Source: a virus. Taken from it: 64,000 nt of DNA. Made by a program: the position numbers and the translations under genes. Location of the stretch: positions 1 to 64,000 of the IMG/VR virus record IMGVR_UViG_3300029268_000006, one strand, 5' to 3'. The notes under the pieces are model-generated. The model was not told where the DNA came from, ran no database searches, and worked only from the letters and a program-made list of their open reading frames with translations. Shown piece by piece: positions 36,956 through 46,664 of the stretch. Each line of letters opens with the position of its first letter. The first letter of the stretch is position 1.

Positions 36956-39382
36956 TTAAATATTATATTTTTTTGGCCAAAATTGTTTTTTTTGTGAATT
37001 TGGCCAAAATAATGGATTTTTATTTTCATCATCATTTTTTCTAAATGGGTCAGGTTCTCTCCAAGGATTTCGTTTAAATATTTCGTTTGAATCATCTTCT
37101 CTCCAAGGATTATTTGGTTTAATAGAATTTATTTGTGACATCACATCAACTTTATTTATGAATTGTTTTCTAGCTAATCTGAATGATTTGTAGTTTATTG
37201 TATTTTCAAGTGGTGCAGTTTCTAAGAAATTTTTAACAATTTCTTTTTCTATATCTGTTGCATTAAAGTCAATATAAGTGTCAATTATATTTTTCCAATC
37301 AATATGACTATAAATAGTTGCCAAGTTTATAATTGACATCACACAGTCATCAGTACCACTTTGAGATTTATATGTCACTTCACCATTTGCCAATTCTTTT
37401 TTGGAGAATGAACTTAATTCTATTATGGTTCCACTGTGATGTAATACCATCGCGTCTTTTTTGATACAATCTTGAAAATCTTTTATCATTAGTTTCTTGC
37501 CTTTTTCTCCACTTTTCACAAGGAAACCAACAGTTAGGTAAGTATCAGTTTCATTTTGTTTGTAACGAACAAATACCGAATCACCATAATTGTTGATATC
37601 ATTAAATACATGTTTCATATTATCTAGAAGTCTATCACCCAGATTTTTATTTTTTTCAAGAACTATTTTTACTTTTTCAGAATCGAATAATTCAAATCCT
37701 ATTAAATATAATATATGTGATATTTCATTTGCGTTATAAATATTATTTTGAAAAACACCAATTTGTTCCAATTTAAATAAATCATATTTGCTTTCATACA
37801 TTAGTCTTTTTCTATTTATAATATCTTTATCTTTCATCATTAATCTAAAAATATTTATCACAGTGTAATTTTGTGCAAGTCCTTCACCCATGTCAATTCC
37901 TATAAATATATTATAATTTTTTACTTGTCTAATATCAAATAGATCCGGTCTATTTTTTATCCATTTTAAATCTGTATAAGGAAATTTTAATTTATTTTCA
38001 AATTGTGGTATTTCTTTATATTCAAATGGTGTTTCATTATTAGTTAAACTTTCAAATATAATACTATCAAATAATAAATTTTGATCTGTTATAAATTGAA
38101 GTCCGTATTCTTGTTTGAATTTATCTTCACCACCTATAAGATTTGTTTCTTCTTCTTCCCAATTAGAAATATATGCAATTTCAGTAAAAGGAATTTCACT
38201 TTCAAATTCCATATTGTCATCTCTTGTTTCTAAATTTGTTGCAATTCTTAATGAACGGATACTGGAAATATCAGATTGAAGTGATGGGGTTATTTCATCA
38301 TCTTCGTAAAATTTAATATGATGTATAGCTATACCATCAAGTACCTTATCATAAAGTTTATAACCCAATTCATTTCTCAAATAATTCAAAACATAACCTT
38401 CAGTTAATCCGTGTTTTTTGAGTTTGTCGTCAATGAATTTTATTTTAGTATCCCTCCTACCTTTTATTTGATACCAATAAACTTTAAGTGCTTTATATGG
38501 GTTTTTATGTGGATCACCTTCTGGTAATTCGGCATCTCTTAATAATTCAAAGAATAAATTTCTACCGTCCGGGGTTGATGTAATAATAATTTTTGAATTT
38601 GTAATTGATGATACAGTTGGTACAACGGATGAATAATAAGCTCTAATTATATTATCTGGAATTTTAGCAAACTCATCGAGATATAGTAAATCTATTGTAA
38701 AACCAATGGCCGGTTCTTTGGATCTATTTTGTGTTTGTATTCTACTACCATTTTCAAAAGATAGTGATCTTTCGTTCCAGTTGTTTATACCGGCCTTTAA
38801 GTAGAATGGTAATAATTTATATATGTCTTTTATTTTTCTTATAATTTCTTTAACAGTATTAGATACGTTAGCAACAACCATAACCCCTTTATCTTTATTA
38901 AATAAAACAGTCCACAACATTACAATTGCAGCACTAACTGTATTTAAACTTAAAATATCATTTGTATAATAACTATGTTCATTGGATTGAATTGATAAAT
39001 CGAACATAGAAACTTTATAGTTTTGTTTAATAATAGATTTTATTTTTGATGGACCCCTTTTGGTTAAAACTATATCATCGTGTGTTAAATCTTTAACAAA
39101 TTTAATTATATGATTTTCACAAAAAACACCATGAACATCCGCACAATTTAATTTAATACCATTTTCCAATTTTAGTGTATAAAATGTATATGGTTGTGTT
39201 AAATTAATTTCTTCAATTGGAACAAAACCATAATCTGTTTCGACTAATAAATTTTCTAATGGTAAAAAATTTAATATTTTTTTTGTTTCATCATTTTCAT
39301 CTAAATCTATGTTTCTATATTCATAATTTTCTAATTTTTCAATTAAAAAATATATAATATTTCTTAATATTTTCTTAAACAT
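36956..39382 (-). CDS. terL: Large terminase C-terminal part with N-terminal C-intein
   Basis: Walker B LYLDEFA, ITSTPDG and RuvC IGIDMGEG; first 147 aa are intein-like, ending ILSLN/T. Confidence 0.9.
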   Translation of the reverse strand: MFKKILRNIIYFLIEKLENYEYRNIDLDENDETKKILNFLPLENLLVETDYGFVPIEEINLTQPYTFYTLKLENGIKLNCADVHGVFCENHIIKFVKDLTHDDIVLTKRGPSKIKSIIKQNYKVSMFDLSIQSNEHSYYTNDILSLNTVSAAIVMLWTVLFNKDKGVMVVANVSNTVKEIIRKIKDIYKLLPFYLKAGINNWNERSLSFENGSRIQTQNRSKEPAIGFTIDLLYLDEFAKIPDNIIRAYYSSVVPTVSSITNSKIIITSTPDGRNLFFELLRDAELPEGDPHKNPYKALKVYWYQIKGRRDTKIKFIDDKLKKHGLTEGYVLNYLRNELGYKLYDKVLDGIAIHHIKFYEDDEITPSLQSDISSIRSLRIATNLETRDDNMEFESEIPFTEIAYISNWEEEETNLIGGEDKFKQEYGLQFITDQNLLFDSIIFESLTNNETPFEYKEIPQFENKLKFPYTDLKWIKNRPDLFDIRQVKNYNIFIGIDMGEGLAQNYTVINIFRLMMKDKDIINRKRLMYESKYDLFKLEQIGVFQNNIYNANEISHILYLIGFELFDSEKVKIVLEKNKNLGDRLLDNMKHVFNDINNYGDSVFVRYKQNETDTYLTVGFLVKSGEKGKKLMIKDFQDCIKKDAMVLHHSGTIIELSSFSKKELANGEVTYKSQSGTDDCVMSIINLATIYSHIDWKNIIDTYIDFNATDIEKEIVKNFLETAPLENTINYKSFRLARKQFINKVDVMSQINSIKPNNPWREDDSNEIFKRNPWREPDPFRKNDDENKNPLFWPNSQKKQFWPKKYNI
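38942..39382 (-). mobile_element. Split intein C-fragment (TerL), 147 aa
   Basis: Contains block B (CADVH) and blocks F/G (MFDLS...YYTNDILSLN); +1 residue is Thr. Confidence 0.85.
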
Positions 39383-40520
39383 TTTTATTTTTTATTAATT
39401 TTAAAATAATAGATTTTATATATTTATTATTATTTTTCCATTCTTTTTCCCATACATGTATTAAATTGATATTTTTATTTTTACAATTATTTGTTTTATC
39501 ATTATGATAATTTTCATTTTTATAGATATTACTATGCCAATAATCACCGTTATATTCAAATGCTAAATTTAAATCTGGTAAATAAATGTCTAATTCTTTA
39601 CCATTTAATATTTTTCTATCATTTTTAATTATTACCCCTTTATAATTTTCTTTTATGAATTTAAATAATTTTCTTTCACCGTCTGATGTTAAAGAATGTT
39701 CTGGATAACATATTGTACATGTTGTTATGTTATGTGACAACCTATTATGAAATAAATTAATATTTATTTCATAATTATGTCCTTCTTCACAACAACAGAA
39801 ATATTTTTTATTTTCGTAATCTATTTTTTTAATAAATAAATATTTAGATAACATTTTTTTATTATAATATTTTTGTGTTTTTTCTTTATGTTCTGGTAAT
39901 TGTGATACATTTTCAATATTATATTTTGTTTTACATGTTTTTTTAATTTTTATAATGTTATTGTAATTTTCATTATCATATTTTTTGTTTTTTGTATTTT
40001 TCGCTTTTTCAACAAAAAATGAATTTTGTGCTGGTCTATCACAATTGTATTTTTCATTATTTGTTTTTATAGATTTTTGTAAAATTTCTTTATTTTGTTG
40101 TGGATAGTCACAATCATATTTTTCATTATTTGTTAATTTAATTTTATTTTTAATTTCTTCATTTTGAAAAACATTTTCAAATCCATAAATTTCCAAATTT
40201 GTTTTTTTACATTTATTTCTATTATTATAAGTTTTATTATTATATTTTTTTTGACATGTTAATTTGTTTTTAATGGATGAACATTTGTGACAAGTATATA
40301 AATTATATTTATTAAAATTATTATTATAACTTTGATAAGATATAATTTTTTCACATCCACAAATATCACAAATTCCTGTTATTTTAACATGTGATTTTAA
40401 TGAGACGTGTTCTATTTTTATTAAAATTTCATCATTTAAATTACAAACATAACCAAAATTTCTAAATTTTTTAATTGTTTTGTCTGCAATTTTGATGTTT
40501 ACTTCTTTTTCTTTTATCAT
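39375..40520 (-). CDS. Free-standing homing endonuclease-like gene inside terL
   Basis: ELDIYLPDLNLAFEYNGDYWHS; stop overlaps the terL-C start. Confidence 0.85.
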   Translation of the reverse strand: MIKEKEVNIKIADKTIKKFRNFGYVCNLNDEILIKIEHVSLKSHVKITGICDICGCEKIISYQSYNNNFNKYNLYTCHKCSSIKNKLTCQKKYNNKTYNNRNKCKKTNLEIYGFENVFQNEEIKNKIKLTNNEKYDCDYPQQNKEILQKSIKTNNEKYNCDRPAQNSFFVEKAKNTKNKKYDNENYNNIIKIKKTCKTKYNIENVSQLPEHKEKTQKYYNKKMLSKYLFIKKIDYENKKYFCCCEEGHNYEININLFHNRLSHNITTCTICYPEHSLTSDGERKLFKFIKENYKGVIIKNDRKILNGKELDIYLPDLNLAFEYNGDYWHSNIYKNENYHNDKTNNCKNKNINLIHVWEKEWKNNNKYIKSIILKLIKNKNV

Positions 40521-40528
40521 TTTTTATT

Positions 40529-41506
40529 TTATTTTAAAAATTTTAAACATTTTTGAATTGTTTTTTCTGGATCGTTTTTATAATCCGATTCCCATATGAT
40601 CAAAATGCTAAAATTTTTCTTTTCGGCTGCTAATATTTTTTCTTTATCGTGTTTCCAAATATCTTCGGATTTTAACCATTTTCTATATGGGTGTGGATTA
40701 TCATTATTTTTCCATTTGATTGGATTTGCGTGATACATATCACTATTAAATTCGATTATCTTTTTTTTATTTTTATCAGTAAAATCATATTGATAAAATT
40801 TATTTTTTTCAGATAAATTTTCATTTTTTTCAGATATGAAATATTCTTTGTTTTTAGTTGCAAAATAAACATTTATTCTATCTTTAATTTCATATTGTTC
40901 TAAAATATCATAGAAAAGTTTTTGAGATATTTTAGAGAACCCACATTTTAAATTTCCATTTTCCAATAAAGATTTTTGCCATTTATTTTGACGTTCATTC
41001 CATATTTTTAAACCATCAATTTCACCGTGTTTTTCTATATATTTTTCTAAAGTAAATGTTCTTTGTCTTTCAGATAATTTTTGTTTTGCATCAATTTCAT
41101 TGTATCCTTTCTTTAACCAATATTCAATTCTGGTAGATTGTTGTTCTGGTGTTATATTTTCATGAACCTTTTTTGAAAATTCAATAGCTTCATTTTCATT
41201 TTCATACTTTATAAAATTTTTTGAAAAAGGACTTCTCTGTTTTCTTTGTTCTTCTGTTGTTTTTGATTTACTGTTTGGATTTTTTTGTCCTGTTATTTTG
41301 TCTGAAAATAATTTTTTATATTTTTCTTGTTTCATGTGTAATCCACCATTTTTAGTTGTTTCTTTATAATCGGATTCTGAATATAAAGGTTCACCGGGAT
41401 ATAACTTTAAATATTCGTCTGATGTTAAACCATGTTTTTTTAAATGTCTACCATATATTCTGGTTGATTTTTTTCCACATATTTTACAAGTAATTAAATT
41501 TTCCAT
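40529..41506 (-). CDS. Second free-standing endonuclease-like gene inside terL
   Basis: CKICG..H zinc finger; YDF...KIIEFNSDMYHANP...IIWE.D Vsr-like motif. Confidence 0.85.
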   Translation of the reverse strand: MENLITCKICGKKSTRIYGRHLKKHGLTSDEYLKLYPGEPLYSESDYKETTKNGGLHMKQEKYKKLFSDKITGQKNPNSKSKTTEEQRKQRSPFSKNFIKYENENEAIEFSKKVHENITPEQQSTRIEYWLKKGYNEIDAKQKLSERQRTFTLEKYIEKHGEIDGLKIWNERQNKWQKSLLENGNLKCGFSKISQKLFYDILEQYEIKDRINVYFATKNKEYFISEKNENLSEKNKFYQYDFTDKNKKKIIEFNSDMYHANPIKWKNNDNPHPYRKWLKSEDIWKHDKEKILAAEKKNFSILIIWESDYKNDPEKTIQKCLKFLK

Positions 41507-41555
41507 TGTTGTTTTTATTTTTATATATTAATAGCAAGCGGACAAAATGGGATAT

Positions 41556-42089
41556 TTATTCTACATATTTTAGAATTTTATAAAGAAATAATTTAGTTTT
41601 TTCAATAATGGTTAATTTTCTATATTTTTTAAGCGTTTCGTAATATAATTCACCAATTGAAATTTTAAAAATATATCCATTTTCATCTTTTAAATTTGCT
41701 AACGTATTGAAAATTAAGCACTTACCGGATTGTCTACTAGCCATTAGTATCGAATATCTGTTTTCAGTATATAATTTTATAATATCTTTTTGGTATTCAC
41801 GAAGTTTCATTTGTCCGATGCTACCATCTTCCAATTTAATTTTACAGTAGTGTTCCGCGAAGTAATATACAGATAATTTACATCTGACATATTCACGTAT
41901 CTCTTCTTCTGTCATAGCGAATTTTAATCCCGGTCTTCTAATACCCGGATTATTCTTAAACCACAGTCTTTCAGTTAGTTTAAGTGGTAATGCTAATCTT
42001 TCTTTCTCTTGAATTTCTTTAACTTTTTCAGTAGTTAATATGTGACTTTGATCAATATTTTTATTTTTGGGTGATGTTGTTTTTGCCAT
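41556..42089 (-). CDS. terL: Large terminase N-terminal part ending in N-intein
   Basis: T4 gp17-like LREYQKDII...MASRQSGK followed by CLIFNTL. Confidence 0.9.
   Translation of the reverse strand: MAKTTSPKNKNIDQSHILTTEKVKEIQEKERLALPLKLTERLWFKNNPGIRRPGLKFAMTEEEIREYVRCKLSVYYFAEHYCKIKLEDGSIGQMKLREYQKDIIKLYTENRYSILMASRQSGKCLIFNTLANLKDENGYIFKISIGELYYETLKKYRKLTIIEKTKLFLYKILKYVE
41559..41720 (-). mobile_element. Split intein N-fragment (TerL), 54 aa
   Basis: Block A CLIFNT follows Walker A GK. Confidence 0.85.
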
Positions 42090-42193
42090 AATTGTATTTA
42101 TTTCTTTTTCAACGTATTATATATATTAAATTTTTAATGTCATTTTTTTAAACTTAATTTCATATTTTATTTATAAAAAAATAAAAATTATTA

Positions 42194-43015
42194 ATGAATA
42201 GAACAGAAATTTTAGGAACTGGAAATAAAAATATTTTAGTATTAACTGGTGTTCATGGAAATGAAATATCACCAGTTTATGCTGGATATATATTAAAGAA
42301 ATTTGATTTTGATAAATCTAAATTTAAAAAATTAACAATTTTAAATGCTGTAAATACTGATGGAATAAAAAACAATATAAGGGAAATTCCAAATGATAAT
42401 ACTAGTGATTTAAATAGAATGTTTAAAGTTGATTTTGATAATAATATATCTATTGATGAATTAACAAAATTATTTAATGATAATGATATTATTATTGATG
42501 TACATTCATCTCCAAGATGTTGTGAATTTATATTGTTAAATCAGGATGAAACAACAAATTCGTATGTTGAATTTGCATTAAAACATGATATTAAATATCT
42601 TATTCGTTATTCTGATTCAAATACAATTAAGAAATACGGTTTAGATAAAGGGAAGATTAGTTTTACAATTGAAATAAATCAAATGAATTATATTGATTAT
42701 GATAGTGCAAAAAGATGTTCCGAATTGATAATTAATATTATAAATAATTGTGATGATTTTAAATTAACTTTATGTGAACCCAAATACGATGAATTTTTTG
42801 AATTTTTCACTTATAAAGATGGATTATTTTTACCTAAAGTAAAAATTGGTGATATTATATCAGAAGGTGATTGGTTGGGTGAATTGTTGGATCTAACTAC
42901 TTTTGATACAGAAAAGATTTTTTATAGAAAAGATAGAAAGTCTAGAATTATATGTAGTGGTGAAAGTCAATATGTATCCGCTGGGAGAAGTATGTTCTTT
43001 TTACAACCAGTTTAA
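42194..43015 (+). CDS. M14 / succinylglutamate desuccinylase-aspartoacylase family hydrolase
   Basis: GVHGNE, DLNR, IDVHS and catalytic FTIEI motifs. Confidence 0.8.
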   Translation: MNRTEILGTGNKNILVLTGVHGNEISPVYAGYILKKFDFDKSKFKKLTILNAVNTDGIKNNIREIPNDNTSDLNRMFKVDFDNNISIDELTKLFNDNDIIIDVHSSPRCCEFILLNQDETTNSYVEFALKHDIKYLIRYSDSNTIKKYGLDKGKISFTIEINQMNYIDYDSAKRCSELIINIINNCDDFKLTLCEPKYDEFFEFFTYKDGLFLPKVKIGDIISEGDWLGELLDLTTFDTEKIFYRKDRKSRIICSGESQYVSAGRSMFFLQPV

Positions 43016-43340
43016 ATTATATATACTAAAAATAAATATATTTTTATGAAACACATAAAGGAATAGAAATGAATACGATCCTAATACATATAAAGAAACT
43101 GGTTGGAAGAAATTACAAAAAAGATGGTGGTGTGGATTTTTTAGATTTTTAAAAATTATATTAAAAAATGAATGAAGATATTTTAATTGGATCATCATTT
43201 TTTGCACCTTGGATGTTAATGGATTATATTACGGATGGATATGTTATTGTAAGTATGAGTGATGTTTATTATAAGACCGCAAAGGGATTGCTGATAGAAT
43301 GGGTTTTGCATTACCAAAAATAAAATTTCACAAATTTTAA

Positions 43341-44231
43341 TCATTCTCTTTTATTAGTGTCATAAATTTGAAATATTTCGTTCAAATGATCAACCATATC
43401 TGATTCTGCGTTATCTATTAAAATATTTCTTATATCGTTATTATCTTTTATTTTAATATCCTTTTCAATTTTTGTACTTTCAGTAAAGTACACATTATGA
43501 AAATCATTTTTTGATATAAAAATATCCACTTTATTTTTATTTTCAGTTTTTTCTACAACTTTAGAATTTATAATTAAATCGACAAAATCATTAGATATTT
43601 TATCTATTTCATTCAATTGAGAAATATCATCAATATATATTTCTTTGAATTTAGGACTGTAATTATTTTCAATAAATCTAACTTCATTTTGTTTTAAACT
43701 AAAAGCATAAAACCCATGTGGTGATGTTGTATAATCTTTATTTAATTGATAAGGTGATGTAATATTTATATTTATATCACTACCTTTTTCATTGTCGTAA
43801 AACCCGTTAAATGTTTTTTTGATATCTTTTATTTCTTTTGGTGTGTTATTATAAAATAGATATTCAGTATCATTGTCTGGCATTAAAAAATTACCATTTG
43901 GTATGAACATTAAATTTTTAACTTTTTTGGTTTCTTTAAATATTTTTATATTCTTTCTATTGAATAAATCTATTGATAAATCATCATTAGACCCTTTCAG
44001 AACGAATATTTGTATAAAGGTGGATAGTTCATCAAATATATCAAAGACATCCCTCAAAACCTTAAAATGTGTAGATTGTTTGTTATAAAATATGTTTCCG
44101 GTATGAACAAGAATATCACCTTCACGATATACTTTTTTCAAGTATGGTATGAAAGAATTTTTAAAATAATTAATTTGAATGTCGAACATTTTCGGGTATC
44201 CAAATAGTGTGTTCCCTATAATATATATCAT
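43341..44231 (-). CDS. gp47/Mre11-like nuclease homologue with degenerate metal ligands
   Basis: Motif spacing retained (IIGNTLFG, VHTGNIF, KGSND) but the D/H ligands are substituted. Confidence 0.6.
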   Translation of the reverse strand: MIYIIGNTLFGYPKMFDIQINYFKNSFIPYLKKVYREGDILVHTGNIFYNKQSTHFKVLRDVFDIFDELSTFIQIFVLKGSNDDLSIDLFNRKNIKIFKETKKVKNLMFIPNGNFLMPDNDTEYLFYNNTPKEIKDIKKTFNGFYDNEKGSDININITSPYQLNKDYTTSPHGFYAFSLKQNEVRFIENNYSPKFKEIYIDDISQLNEIDKISNDFVDLIINSKVVEKTENKNKVDIFISKNDFHNVYFTESTKIEKDIKIKDNNDIRNILIDNAESDMVDHLNEIFQIYDTNKRE

Positions 44232-44276
44232 GTATATTTTATAATATTTTTAGTTAAAAGTTTTAATTCATGGCAC

Positions 44277-44302
44277 AAAAAACCCCGTCCTGTCGGCGGG
44301 GT
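44277..44302 (-). terminator. Rho-independent terminator
   Basis: Minus strand ACCCCG...CGGGGU followed by U-run. Confidence 0.75.
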
Positions 44303-44317
44303 AATATTTAATTTAAA

Positions 44318-45169
44318 TTATTTTGATAAAAGGACAATTAGACCATTTCTTATTAAATCGTATAAATCTTTTGGGATATTTGATATAATAGAAAAATTAT
44401 TGTTTCCTTTAATTTTTATTTGTGATGAATTTTCATTTAATTTTTTATTTTTAATTTGAATTTCCATGAAACTTAATACAAAAGGTTGAATTTTGAAACC
44501 TTTATCATTATTTCTAATAACGTGAATTTCATCATTTTTTTCAGAAACCATATACCAACATTTTTCCTTGATACCTTTTGTTGTTAAAAAATCTTCAACA
44601 TCTTGAAGTTTCAATCCTGTATAATGTGTAACTTTTCCAATGACTTTAATTTCCTTCTTCGAATCTAACATTTCGTTTGTTGGGTTTGAATTATCTGGAT
44701 TTTTTTCAATTTCCTCTTTTTCGAGTTTTTTCGGATCAGTTAAAACTTTTTGTGGTTGTTCTCCCTTATCTACTTTATGTGATGGTTTTTCTGGTTCTAC
44801 TTTATTTTCTATTATGGATTTTATTGGAACTTTATTTTCCACTTTTTTTACGGGTGGTTTTAATATTTGTTTCGGTTCTTCTTTTCGAACAGTTTCGAAC
44901 TTATTATTTTTTGGATAATGTTCTAAAATATTTTCAAATTTAACAGATATTATTGTTTGACCCACTTTAACGTCATAGGTTTCAATTCCGTTTTTTTCAT
45001 ATGTTTTACAAATTTCACCCCTAAACTCACGTCCTTTGAATTCAGTAACAACTATATCACCATCTTTTATCATACTAACAACTTTTTGTGGTTGTTGTTG
45101 AATGGGTATTTGTGGAGATAAATTATTATCTTCAAATAGTTTATACAAATCTTTAATATCTAATTCCAT
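44318..45169 (-). CDS. Hypothetical protein
   Basis: ATG 45169 follows the upstream stop; the longer track ORF overlaps the neighbour. Confidence 0.65.
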   Translation of the reverse strand: MELDIKDLYKLFEDNNLSPQIPIQQQPQKVVSMIKDGDIVVTEFKGREFRGEICKTYEKNGIETYDVKVGQTIISVKFENILEHYPKNNKFETVRKEEPKQILKPPVKKVENKVPIKSIIENKVEPEKPSHKVDKGEQPQKVLTDPKKLEKEEIEKNPDNSNPTNEMLDSKKEIKVIGKVTHYTGLKLQDVEDFLTTKGIKEKCWYMVSEKNDEIHVIRNNDKGFKIQPFVLSFMEIQIKNKKLNENSSQIKIKGNNNFSIISNIPKDLYDLIRNGLIVLLSK

Positions 45170-45182
45170 ATTTAATATATTT

Positions 45183-45677
45183 TTATTGTTCAGTTGCTGG
45201 TATTTGTTGTGCTGTTTGTTGAGGATTTGGTTGTCCTGATGTTGCCGGTGGACTTTGAATTTGCTGTCCTTGTCCACCTTGTGATGTTTGTGCTGGTGGT
45301 TGTGATTGAATTTGTGCTGGTGGTTGAGCAATTTGAGCTTGAGTAGATTGAGCAGATTGAGCTTTTTGTTCACCTTCAGTTCCAGTTGCAATTGATACTG
45401 GAAAATTCTCAATTATCATTAAGTGTGAAGTGGATGTGGCATAATCAACTAAAGTTCTAGCAATTAAATCATCTGACCATATACCACCTTTGGCTATATC
45501 TTTACCTGTTTCATCCAGTACTTTTTTAATAAAACTTTTTACTAAGGCCAAAGGAAAATTTACCATTTTGACTATTGGTATTGAATCCATTTGTGATTGT
45601 GAAGCTTCAATAATTTTAGATTCATTAGTAGATTTTTTTTCACGAAAATCTTCGAAATTTGTTAAGTTTTTTGCCAT
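45183..45677 (-). CDS. Hypothetical protein with Gln/Pro-rich tail
   Basis: N-terminus MAKNLTNFEDF; TAATATATA upstream. Confidence 0.7.
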   Translation of the reverse strand: MAKNLTNFEDFREKKSTNESKIIEASQSQMDSIPIVKMVNFPLALVKSFIKKVLDETGKDIAKGGIWSDDLIARTLVDYATSTSHLMIIENFPVSIATGTEGEQKAQSAQSTQAQIAQPPAQIQSQPPAQTSQGGQGQQIQSPPATSGQPNPQQTAQQIPATEQ

Positions 45678-45786
45678 AATATTTTTTAATTATTTTTCTA
45701 GTATATATTAAAGTAAAAAACTCATTTTTAAATGAGTTTTTTACAGGTAATTTCTATATATTAAAAAATAAAGGACTAAAATTGAT

Positions 45787-46611
45787 TTATTTCTTTTTAC
45801 CGAATCTCCATTGAAGAATGTCATAATGTATAGAAAATCCCATACTCCAACCAAATCTGGGATTTGCTAAATTATAATCTGTATTTAAACCAAATCCAAT
45901 ATATGGTCCTATTGCCCAATTTTTTGATTTATCTATTAATGGTTGTGGTGCTTTTTTGTAGAAAAAACCACCATCTAATTCTATCAATTTTATTTTTGGT
46001 GATTCTGATATGGCGAAAACTCTATATTTGTCATCTAAATCTTTTAATCCGTATGTTATTTTTATTGTTGTTAAATTAGTATCAATTATAGTAATATCTG
46101 GTTGTATTGTCCATTTTTTAGTTATTTCATTTGGTAATAAATAAAATCTACTAGAACCGACAAGTTTTTGTTCAAAACCTTTATCTTGATAAAATGATTT
46201 AAATTTTAAACCATATTGAAATTTAGTAGAGTCGATAGTGATTAATTCATTGGATGTTTTAATACCACCCAAATCACCTTGAACTTTTGAATTTATTGCA
46301 GCTATAATATCACCTTGAACTTTTTTAAGTTTATCATATAATACTTTATTATAATTTTCTAAATCTTTCAATTGTTCCAAAACATAATTATCTTTTGAAA
46401 ACTCATATGCTTTTAATTTTTCATTAAATTCCACTCTAATACTATCTGTCATAGCACTTATATTTTGAGTTCTAATTTTTTCTTGAAAAACTCTATCTTC
46501 ACGTTCTTTTTTTAAATTTGAACACGTTTGAAATAAAAAAACGGATAAAACAAGTATGATGCCGAATAATATTATCGAATAATATTTCTTAATGAATTCT
46601 AAAATTTTCAT
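45787..46611 (-). CDS. Membrane-anchored coiled-coil protein (possible spanin-like)
   Basis: N-terminal TM helix, coiled coil and C-terminal amphipathic beta strands. Confidence 0.45.
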   Translation of the reverse strand: MKILEFIKKYYSIILFGIILVLSVFLFQTCSNLKKEREDRVFQEKIRTQNISAMTDSIRVEFNEKLKAYEFSKDNYVLEQLKDLENYNKVLYDKLKKVQGDIIAAINSKVQGDLGGIKTSNELITIDSTKFQYGLKFKSFYQDKGFEQKLVGSSRFYLLPNEITKKWTIQPDITIIDTNLTTIKITYGLKDLDDKYRVFAISESPKIKLIELDGGFFYKKAPQPLIDKSKNWAIGPYIGFGLNTDYNLANPRFGWSMGFSIHYDILQWRFGKKK

Positions 46612-46664
46612 AATTTTAATTTTAATTTAATTTATGTTTTATATAAATAAAATATTTTTTTGTT

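Noticed and set aside
36895-37095. 66-aa ORF overlapping the terL end
   Set aside because: Alternative-frame shadow with no supporting features.
43046-43323. Short broken ORFs (MKHIKE*...)
   Set aside because: Look like a decayed small gene; nothing assignable.
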